From: Campylobacteraceae bacterium
Lineage (GTDB): Bacteria > Campylobacterota > Campylobacteria > Campylobacterales > Sulfurovaceae
NCBI GenBank assembly: GCA_027014605.1
Contig: JALWDJ010000091.1
Coordinates: forward strand, 440-64,439
Reading direction: 5' to 3'
Length of the DNA stretch: 64,000 bases
The position numbers were made by a program, and so were the translations under genes. The notes beneath the pieces were generated by a model that made no database searches, was not told the DNA's origin, and worked only from the letters and a program-made list of their open reading frames with translations. Of this stretch, positions 1 to 7,926 are shown piece after piece; the first letter of the stretch is position 1; every line of letters starts with the position of its first letter.

Positions 1-184
1 AAATGCTAATAGATTTTATAGTTTTAATCTTCTTACGGTTGGAAGAGACCCTAAACTAAAGAGAAATAATCTCTTTATAGCAAAAAATAGAATTTTTCAA
101 TTAATGAATGATAGCTTGATAAAATAATCAAATGATATTATAAGAGAGATAATAGATAAAATCTAGTTAAATTTATTTTAATAA

Positions 185-192
185 TGTATAAT
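185..192 (+). promoter_or_regulatory. candidate extended -10 promoter (TGTATAAT)
   Basis: tgtataat at 185-192, upstream of GAGGAAG (212-218) and ATG 225. Confidence 0.3.
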
Positions 193-224
193 TTTTATAA
201 AAACTTTTTTTGAGGAAGAATTTT

Positions 225-509
225 ATGGCAAATAATAAAATAGCAAATGTTAGAATGGAAGAGGGATATATGAGATTAACAATTGAGTATCATAATCCCA
301 TGGAAAAGGCTGAAATATGTAAAAATGTAGCTCTATTAGAGCAGAAATTTAATATATATCCTGAAGTAATTCATAGAAGAGAGAATAAAAGTGATTGTTT
401 TTCAAGTATAGAGTTTTCAGGTGAAGAGTATATTTGTAGTAGAACTTGTGGAGATTTTATAGAAGAACTACTTAAAGAGTTAGATATTAAAAAATGTGAG
501 AGAGATTAA
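225..509 (+). CDS. hypothetical small protein (94 aa from ATG 225; track ORF starts at TTG 210)
   Basis: ORF with GAGGAAG RBS 7 nt upstream of ATG 225; no recognisable motif. Confidence 0.4.
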   Translation: MANNKIANVRMEEGYMRLTIEYHNPMEKAEICKNVALLEQKFNIYPEVIHRRENKSDCFSSIEFSGEEYICSRTCGDFIEELLKELDIKKCERD

Positions 510-517
510 TAATAGTA

Positions 518-1624
518 ATGGAAGCAAAATTAGATGTTATTGACCTCTTTTTGAGACTACTTAGTACTAAGTCTATTACTCCTAATGATGGTGGACTTTT
601 AGAATATATTAGAGATTATCTATCAGATTTTGAAGCAATTTGGGTTAATAAGGGTGGAGTTAAGAACCTATTTTTAACAAAAAAGTTTTCAGAGGGTAAA
701 CATCTATGTTTTGCAGGACATGTAGATGTTGTTCCTGCAGGAGATGGGTGGAGTACTAATCCATTTGTTCCTATGATAGAAGATGGATATATATATGGTA
801 GAGGCACACAAGATATGAAGAGTGGTGTTGCATCTTTTGTTCAAGCTTGTCGAGATATAGATGAATTTAATGGAAGATTATCCATTCTTTTAACCTCTGA
901 TGAGGAGGGCGATGGGACTTATGGGACACAGATTGTATTAAGAAAATTAAAAGAGTTGGATTTGTTACCAGACTATTGCATAATAGCAGAGCCTACTTGT
1001 GAAGAGTTTTTTGGAGATGCTATTAAAATAGGCAGAAGAGGTTCGATTAATGGTTATATAAAATTAAAAGGTGAACAAGGACATGCAGCATATCCTGAAA
1101 AATCAGTTAATCCAATCCATAATATTGCTCCTATTTTAAAAGATATAGCAGGACATAATTTTGATAATGGAGATAGTAATTTTGCTCCAAGTAAATTGGT
1201 AATTACAGATATTAGAGCAGGAATGGGTGTAACTAATGTAACTCCTAGTGAACTCAAGATGATGTTTAATGTAAGAAATTCAACTAAAACTACTAAAGAG
1301 AGTATTAAAAAATATATAGATAGTGTTTTTAATGGATTAGATTATGAGTTAGAATTACAACAAAGCTCTTATCCTTTTCTAACTAATCGTAATTCATTAA
1401 TTATCTCTGAACTAAAAAAGATAATACAAGAGGTAACAGATATAGAGCCTAAGCTCTCAACAGCAGGAGGTACTAGTGATGGAAGACATATTGCTCCTTA
1501 TGGTATAGAAGTTGTAGAGTTTGGTGTTATTAATGATAAAATTCATGCTATAAATGAGAGAACTACTATTAAAGAAGTGGAGACTCTTTATAAAATTTTT
1601 GTTAAGATATTAGAAAGATTATAA
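518..1624 (+). CDS. dapE: succinyl-diaminopimelate desuccinylase (M20 peptidase)
   Basis: 368 aa; FAGHVDVVPAGDGWSTNPF, GRGTQDMKSG, LTSDEEG metal-binding blocks typical of DapE/ArgE. Confidence 0.85.
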   Translation: MEAKLDVIDLFLRLLSTKSITPNDGGLLEYIRDYLSDFEAIWVNKGGVKNLFLTKKFSEGKHLCFAGHVDVVPAGDGWSTNPFVPMIEDGYIYGRGTQDMKSGVASFVQACRDIDEFNGRLSILLTSDEEGDGTYGTQIVLRKLKELDLLPDYCIIAEPTCEEFFGDAIKIGRRGSINGYIKLKGEQGHAAYPEKSVNPIHNIAPILKDIAGHNFDNGDSNFAPSKLVITDIRAGMGVTNVTPSELKMMFNVRNSTKTTKESIKKYIDSVFNGLDYELELQQSSYPFLTNRNSLIISELKKIIQEVTDIEPKLSTAGGTSDGRHIAPYGIEVVEFGVINDKIHAINERTTIKEVETLYKIFVKILERL

Positions 1625-1635
1625 AAGGATTTAAA

Positions 1636-1836
1636 ATGACAAAAGAGATTAGAGAAGATAAGAGAGTAGTTGAGTTAAAAGAGAAGATTGAAAGCTTAAT
1701 AAAGATATATCATAAGAGGAAAGAGGAGCTTCAGTGGGCTGATGATGAGTGGGAAATTAGTGAAATCCAAGAGGATTTAGATAATTATGCAAAAAAGATT
1801 AAAAAGTTAAAATTAGAAGTTAAAAAATATCAATAA
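1636..1836 (+). CDS. hypothetical charged coiled-coil protein (66 aa)
   Basis: ORF tightly packed between dapE and the kinase; K/E-rich heptad-like sequence. Confidence 0.35.
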   Translation: MTKEIREDKRVVELKEKIESLIKIYHKRKEELQWADDEWEISEIQEDLDNYAKKIKKLKLEVKKYQ

Positions 1837-1840
1837 AGAT

Positions 1841-2854
1841 TTGAGACCATCATTAACTCAATATGTAATATTAAGATTGATTATTATATCTATTTTTATA
1901 ACTATAATATATGCTATTGCTCTTATAATAGTTCCTAGAAATTATCAAACATATTGGTTTCATATTGGGTTTTTTATATTTTTATTACTTATAATTATTT
2001 CTGTTATATATAGAGGTACAAAAAAGGTTAAAAGAGAGCTGAAGCTCGTTAAAAATTATCTATCTGGAGTAGATAATTTCAATTCAAGTAATCCTAAAGC
2101 AGAGTTTTTTACTTATGAGTTTGAGGAGATTAATACTCAACTTATACAGATTTTACGGAAAATAAATAAAAAAGATAAACAAAAACGAAAATATACAGCT
2201 AAGATAAAGCTAAAAAATAGACAGCGTTCGGCTATGTTATCAGCAATAGCACATGAGTTTAGAAATCCAATATCTTCAATTATTGGATATGCTCAAACAA
2301 TTAATGAAGATGATAATATTCCACCAAATTTACGCAGGAAATTCTTAACTAAAATATATAAAAATGGTGAAAAAATAGATGAACTTTTAAGTCGACTACT
2401 ACTTTGGAATAGATTTGAGAATGGAGAATATAAATTACAGATAAGTAGATTTGATATAGTTCCTCTTATAGAGGATATTCGATTAAGTTTAGAAGAGAAA
2501 TATAAAAATCGTAAAATAGACATTCCAAAAAAGTCTTTTATTATAGAAGCAGATAGAGCATTAATTGAGATAGTTGTAAAAAATTTAATAGAGAATGCTC
2601 TTAAATATTCTCAAAATAGTGTTAAGGTAAAAATAGATAGAAATAGAATATTTATTATAGATAGAGGAATAGGCATATCTATTCAAAATATTGATAAGGT
2701 TACTAAAAAATTTTTTCGTGCAGAAAAAAATAGCTGGGATAACTCTATGGGATTAGGTTTAGCAATAGTTAAAGAGATATTAAAACTTCATAATAGTAGT
2801 TTGGATATAAAGAGTAAAGAGAATAAGGGTTCTATATTCTCATTTAGTATCTAA
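1841..2854 (+). CDS. sensor histidine kinase (2 TM, HisKA + HATPase_c); no response regulator in window
   Basis: H-box SAIAHEFRNPISSI; N-box NLIENALKYS; IDRGIGI and GLGLAIVKEI ATP-lid blocks; TTG start. Confidence 0.8.
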   Translation: MRPSLTQYVILRLIIISIFITIIYAIALIIVPRNYQTYWFHIGFFIFLLLIIISVIYRGTKKVKRELKLVKNYLSGVDNFNSSNPKAEFFTYEFEEINTQLIQILRKINKKDKQKRKYTAKIKLKNRQRSAMLSAIAHEFRNPISSIIGYAQTINEDDNIPPNLRRKFLTKIYKNGEKIDELLSRLLLWNRFENGEYKLQISRFDIVPLIEDIRLSLEEKYKNRKIDIPKKSFIIEADRALIEIVVKNLIENALKYSQNSVKVKIDRNRIFIIDRGIGISIQNIDKVTKKFFRAEKNSWDNSMGLGLAIVKEILKLHNSSLDIKSKENKGSIFSFSI

Positions 2855-2863
2855 TTTATTTTT

Positions 2864-2911
2864 TATCAAAAAATCTCTAAGAAAACCTCGAACTCTAAGA
2901 TGGGTATGAAT
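2864..2911 (+). repeat. copy 1 of a 48-nt element (solo, degenerate hairpin); related to the left end of the tnpB relic at 42226
   Basis: 43/48 identical to 42226-42273 in the same orientation. Confidence 0.75.
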
Positions 2912-4118
2912 TTGATTCAAGCTTATTATAAATTCCACAAAAATCAAGTATCTCTTTATCTATTTTTAAATTTTTAAACTCTCTATGTGCTACTAAGAAT
3001 ACAATAATATCAGCCTCTTTTATAGCAATATTGTAATTTATTATATTAAATTTATTAAAAGATTTAATATTTGGTTCAACTGCTAATATATCTAATTCAT
3101 TAGATATTAACTCCTGTGTAATATATAGAGCAGGGGACTCTCTTAAATCATCAATATCAGGTTTAAATGCTAATCCCATACATGCAATTTTAGCTTTTCT
3201 ATTATATCTTTTTTCAAACTCTAAATTAGCATTTTTTATTTTCTCTATTACCCATCTGCTCTTATAGTTATTAACTTCTCTAGCTGTTTTAATAATTTTA
3301 GCATCTCCATCACTAGCATGAACAATAAACCATGGGTCAACTGCAATGCAGTGTCCACCAACTCCAGCACTAGGTTTTAATATATTTACTCTTGGGTGTC
3401 GATTGGTTAAAGATATAAGCTCCCACACATCAATATTAAACTTATCGCATAAGATAGATAATTCATTAGCAAAAGCTATATTTACATCTCTAAATGAGTT
3501 TTCTGTAAGTTTTGCCATCTCTGCTGTTTTGGCATCAGTTGCTATTACCTCTCCTTTTACAAAAGTTTTATAAAATTCAATAGTTTTTTTAGTAGCTTCT
3601 TTAGTTAACCCTCCTACAATTCTATCATTTTCAACTAACTCTCTCATAATCTGCCCAGGTAATACCCTCTCAGGGCAGTGTGAGATATATATTTTACTTG
3701 TATTAATTCCACTATTTTTTAATATAGACTCTATTTTATCTGTTGTTCCTACAGGGGAGGTTGACTCTAATATTATAATATTGCCATCTTCTATATAGGG
3801 AACAATAGATTTTGTAGCATCTATTACAAAATCTAAATTTGGTACAAATCCTTTATGAAAAGGTGTAGGTACAGATATAATAAATATATCAGCTTTTGTA
3901 GGTTTGGTATCAGCTATTAAGTGACCACTATTAACAGCTGATTTTACAAATGTATGTAAATCAGGTTCTACTATATGTATATCTCCATGATTAATTGTAT
4001 CAACGGTAGATTGAACTACATCTACACCATGAATTTGATATCCTCTATTAGCCAACAAGGAAGCTGTTGGGAGACCAATATATCCTAACCCTATTACACA
4101 TATTTTTCTCTTCATCAA
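2895..4118 (-). CDS. wecC: UDP-N-acetyl-D-mannosamine dehydrogenase (NDP-sugar 6-dehydrogenase family)
   Basis: 407 aa; KICVIGLGYIGLPTA Rossmann start; GVGGHCIAVDPWFIV catalytic-Cys block as in WecC/Cap5O. Confidence 0.75.
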   Translation of the reverse strand: MMKRKICVIGLGYIGLPTASLLANRGYQIHGVDVVQSTVDTINHGDIHIVEPDLHTFVKSAVNSGHLIADTKPTKADIFIISVPTPFHKGFVPNLDFVIDATKSIVPYIEDGNIIILESTSPVGTTDKIESILKNSGINTSKIYISHCPERVLPGQIMRELVENDRIVGGLTKEATKKTIEFYKTFVKGEVIATDAKTAEMAKLTENSFRDVNIAFANELSILCDKFNIDVWELISLTNRHPRVNILKPSAGVGGHCIAVDPWFIVHASDGDAKIIKTAREVNNYKSRWVIEKIKNANLEFEKRYNRKAKIACMGLAFKPDIDDLRESPALYITQELISNELDILAVEPNIKSFNKFNIINYNIAIKEADIIVFLVAHREFKNLKIDKEILDFCGIYNKLESNSYPS

Positions 4119-4155
4119 AAACTCTTTTTATTTATTTTTGTTATATATTATATAA

Positions 4156-5406
4156 TTATATAGCTTTTTTCTTTAAATTAACTGACATATCTCTATTAAT
4201 AGCTGTATTCTTCACTATATTTAACATTTTTTTTGCCAATACTTTTCTATCAAAATTTATAGCTAACTCTATACAACCTCTTTTACAATTATTGTATAAC
4301 TCTTTATCATTTTTTAATAGATATAGTTTATCTATGAAATCTTTCTCATTTTCAGGTTCATAACAGACTCCAGCTCTATATTTTTCTATAATCTCTTTAG
4401 CTTGACCTTCAACTCCTAAAAGAGTAGGTTTTCTCATAGCAGCAGCTTCAAATATTTTAGATGGAATTACACTCTTAAATGTATCTGATTTTTTTAGGGG
4501 TGCTAAAGATATATCAACTATAGATAGATATTTAGGAACTTCCTCTTTTTTTATTGGGTCTAAAAATGTAATATTTCTTAGATTTAGCTCTTTAGCTAAC
4601 TTTACAATAATAGTTTTCATAGCTCCATCTCCAATAAATAGAAAATGAATAGTCTCATCATCTATCTTAGATATACTTTTGACTATAAAATCTAAACTAT
4701 GTGCCATTCCGTGTGTACCGATATAACCTACTATAAACTTATCTTTTAGATTTAATTTCTCTAAAAGTTCCATATTTTTCTCTCTTAAGTGAAATAGTTC
4801 TATATTAGAACCATTTGTAATAACTGATATTTTATACTCATCTATACCTCGGCTTATAAGATTAGTTCTAAATGCATCTGTAACAGCTATAACACCATTA
4901 CTATCTCTATATAGCCCTAATTCTATCTTCTCTAAAATATCAATTGCTTTTTTATATTTAATTGCACCAACACTTTGGATAGATTCAGGCCATATATCAC
5001 GAAGTTCAAATATCCAAGGAGTACCTTTTATCTTATTTAAAAGATATGCACTCCAAGTTGTAAAAAATTGTGGTGATGTTGCAATAATTATATCTGCCTT
5101 TTGAAACAGTCCAACTATAAATGAGGTAATGGAAAATGAGATATAATCAATTACTCTTTTAAAAAAGCCTATATTTACACTCATATAACTCCATACTCTA
5201 ATTACCTCTATACCATCAATATACTCTTTTTGATAAAATTTATTTTTATATCCATCAAAAACTTTTCCATTTGGATAGTTTGGTACACATGTAATGACAG
5301 TTACATCAACTCCCATCTTTATCCACTCTTGTGCATGTTCATAAGTTCTAGTTGCAGGAGCGTTAACCTCAGGCGTAAAATTATCTGTTATAAATAATAT
5401 TTTCAT
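4156..5406 (-). CDS. GT4 glycosyltransferase (WcaI/WbuB-like)
   Basis: 416 aa; MKILFITDNFTPEVNAPATR N-terminus; IPSKIFEAAAMRKPTLLG C-terminal GT-B block. Confidence 0.75.
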   Translation of the reverse strand: MKILFITDNFTPEVNAPATRTYEHAQEWIKMGVDVTVITCVPNYPNGKVFDGYKNKFYQKEYIDGIEVIRVWSYMSVNIGFFKRVIDYISFSITSFIVGLFQKADIIIATSPQFFTTWSAYLLNKIKGTPWIFELRDIWPESIQSVGAIKYKKAIDILEKIELGLYRDSNGVIAVTDAFRTNLISRGIDEYKISVITNGSNIELFHLREKNMELLEKLNLKDKFIVGYIGTHGMAHSLDFIVKSISKIDDETIHFLFIGDGAMKTIIVKLAKELNLRNITFLDPIKKEEVPKYLSIVDISLAPLKKSDTFKSVIPSKIFEAAAMRKPTLLGVEGQAKEIIEKYRAGVCYEPENEKDFIDKLYLLKNDKELYNNCKRGCIELAINFDRKVLAKKMLNIVKNTAINRDMSVNLKKKAI

Positions 5407-5420
5407 TTGTATTTCCTTTT

Positions 5421-6473
5421 TTATTTTATTTTATATTGTTTTATTTTATTTTCAAACTCTATAAGATATTTATTTATATTGTATTTTGTTAATTTTATTC
5501 CAAAATCTTTTGGAATATTCTCATTTTTTTTATTAGATATCTTATTTGCAAGAAGCTTTCCAATATATGGATAGAAGTGGTCGTCATCAGGATAGTTTTG
5601 TAAATTTGTTGTAATGCTATTTATAGTCATAAAATGGTCTATTTCTCCAAAAATATCTACTAAATCTCTTAACCATTTCTTAAATTCATCTATTTTTTCT
5701 CCTTTTCTTAATGTCTCTACTAATAAATTTGCACTAATTGGAGAAGTGAAAACTATAAATTTTGTATTTGGATTATCCTTTTTTAATCTTTTTAATATTT
5801 TTAGATATTTGGGATTTGGTTGATAGTTTTTACCAATAAAACTATTAAGATGTATTTTTAGATGTCTATTATAGTTTTTAACTCTCTCCTCTTCTGAAAC
5901 TCTTTGTCTCTTTTTTACATTTTCTCTTGTATAGTATATTGGAACTATTTTAGATATATTAGCCTCTATATTTTTAATAGATTTTTTTAAACTATCAATA
6001 GAAAATAACATTTTATATCTATATAAAAAACTGGTACTATTATTAATATAATATTCTGGATTTTTAAATTTTAAATTGTTTGGTTTTTTAGTATTATAAA
6101 AATCTGCTCCAATAATAATATATTTAAAATCTTTACCTTTTATTTTTTTAGCAAAGTTTATATAATCTCTATACTCAAAAGGATATATACTATCTAAAGC
6201 GTAATTAAATATTTTCATATTATAAAAATCATTTTGATTTATAAATGTTGCTCTACTACTTCCTATTAAAATTCCATTATATTTATCTAATCCTCTAAAA
6301 TATACCATATTAGTTTTCTGTTGTCTCTCATTAAAAGGAAGTTGCATTTGATTTAAACTATTTTTATGTTTAAAGCTCCAATGAGGGTCTATAATATAGT
6401 TTATAGTTGCTACTATTAATGAGATAGAAATAACCAATATAAAGTTTAATTTAATCCATCTTTTATAACTCAT
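5421..6473 (-). CDS. membrane-anchored DltD/AlgJ-like (SGNH-type) acyltransferase partner of the MBOAT
   Basis: 350 aa; N-terminal TM; LIGSSRATF (GSS block) and DDDHFYP (DxxH block); directly downstream of the MBOAT gene. Confidence 0.45.
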   Translation of the reverse strand: MSYKRWIKLNFILVISISLIVATINYIIDPHWSFKHKNSLNQMQLPFNERQQKTNMVYFRGLDKYNGILIGSSRATFINQNDFYNMKIFNYALDSIYPFEYRDYINFAKKIKGKDFKYIIIGADFYNTKKPNNLKFKNPEYYINNSTSFLYRYKMLFSIDSLKKSIKNIEANISKIVPIYYTRENVKKRQRVSEEERVKNYNRHLKIHLNSFIGKNYQPNPKYLKILKRLKKDNPNTKFIVFTSPISANLLVETLRKGEKIDEFKKWLRDLVDIFGEIDHFMTINSITTNLQNYPDDDHFYPYIGKLLANKISNKKNENIPKDFGIKLTKYNINKYLIEFENKIKQYKIK

Positions 6474-6481
6474 CTCATTTC

Positions 6482-7924
6482 CTAAAAATTAAAATATAGA
6501 AATTCAGAAACTTTATTTAGAGATAAAATAGCTACTGTAAATATTGTTGATGTAAATAGAGCATTGCTATATGTTAATTTAAAACTGTTTAATCTCTCTA
6601 TAGAGTTTCTAAATAATAAAATTAATAAGAGTCCACCAAATAACCAAAATATAATTTCAAAAGTTGCATCTATATCTTGTGTAAATCTTCCAAATTTAAC
6701 TCCATAATCAGTTAAAAAATATAATTTATTTTCTAACATTGTTGGAAAAATAATATTATTAAAACTAAACATACTACTTAAAACTTTAACTGCATCACTC
6801 CACTCTTTAGCTCTAAAAAAGACCCAAGTTATATTTATAAATATAAAAGTTATAAGCCATGATAAGAATGTATATAATTTTATATTTAATCTCTTCCATA
6901 ATCTATATATAATAAGAGCTAAACCATGTAGAAATCCCCAAAATAGAAAAGTCCACCCAGCACCATGCCATATTCCACCAATTATAAATGTAATTAACAG
7001 ATTAAAATATACTCTTATCTCCTTTACTCTATTTCCTCCAATAGGTATATAGATATACTCTCTTAGAAATCTACTTAGAGTAATATGCCATCTTCTCCAA
7101 AACTCTTGTATATTTGTAGATTTGTATGGACTATTAAAGTTAATGGGAAGTTCTATATTAAATAGTAGAGCTAATCCTATTGCCATATCAGTATATCCAC
7201 TAAAATCAAAATATATCTGAAATGTATAAGATAGACTAGTTGCCCAAGCTTCAAATAGATTTAAATCTATAGCCTTATCAAATCCATTAGTTGCCCAGAT
7301 AGAAAATGTATCTGCTATTATAACTTTTTTAAAGAGTCCTATAGAGAATATAAAAAATCCCATTGATATATTTTTATAATTAATATATCTATTTTTTAAC
7401 TTCATAAATTGAGGCATCATCTCTTTATGATGAACTATTGGTCCTGCTATTAATTGAGGAAAAAATGTGACAAATAGTGCATAATTTAAAAAATCATACT
7501 CTTTGGTATCTCCTCTATAGCTATCTACAAGATATGATATCTGTTGAAAAGTAAAAAAAGATATTGCTAGGGGGAGTGTTAAATTTAAAAGAGGAATATT
7601 CAAATTAAAAGCATAATCTATATTTTTTATAAAAAAATCTGTATATTTAAAATATATCAATAGTGCTATATTTACAATAATTCCAAAAATTAGTATAATT
7701 TTATTTCTATTTTTAAGAAAAAAATTTCCTAATATAAAGTTAAAAAAGATAGAAAATAGTATTATAGGTAGATATTTAATATTCCACCAACTATAAAAAA
7801 ATAGGCTACTAAATACTAAAAATAGTTTTGAATTACTATTCATATCTTTATAATTTAAATAAAAGTATATAAAAAATGTAATTGGTAGAAATATAAGTAT
7901 AAATTCATAACTATTAAATAACAA
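6482..7924 (-). CDS. MBOAT family membrane O-acyltransferase (AlgI/DltB/PatA-like)
   Basis: 480 aa polytopic protein; FWRRWHITLSRFLREYIYIPIGGNR with the invariant His. Confidence 0.85.
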   Translation of the reverse strand: MLFNSYEFILIFLPITFFIYFYLNYKDMNSNSKLFLVFSSLFFYSWWNIKYLPIILFSIFFNFILGNFFLKNRNKIILIFGIIVNIALLIYFKYTDFFIKNIDYAFNLNIPLLNLTLPLAISFFTFQQISYLVDSYRGDTKEYDFLNYALFVTFFPQLIAGPIVHHKEMMPQFMKLKNRYINYKNISMGFFIFSIGLFKKVIIADTFSIWATNGFDKAIDLNLFEAWATSLSYTFQIYFDFSGYTDMAIGLALLFNIELPINFNSPYKSTNIQEFWRRWHITLSRFLREYIYIPIGGNRVKEIRVYFNLLITFIIGGIWHGAGWTFLFWGFLHGLALIIYRLWKRLNIKLYTFLSWLITFIFINITWVFFRAKEWSDAVKVLSSMFSFNNIIFPTMLENKLYFLTDYGVKFGRFTQDIDATFEIIFWLFGGLLLILLFRNSIERLNSFKLTYSNALFTSTIFTVAILSLNKVSEFLYFNF

Positions 7925-7926
7925 TT

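Noticed and set aside
58-76. The hairpin aaagaga-aataa-tctcttt near the window start, as a terminator of an upstream gene.
   Set aside because: The stem has only two G-C pairs and there is no clear T-tract. The upstream gene is not visible in the window, so the call cannot be supported.
2905-2976. A plus-strand mini-ORF after repeat copy 1 (MNLIQAYYKFHKNQVSLYLFLNF) that vaguely resembles a TnpB N-terminus (..AYKFRIYPNKEQ..).
   Set aside because: It lies entirely inside the conserved 3' part of wecC on the opposite strand. The resemblance covers only a few residues and is most likely chance.
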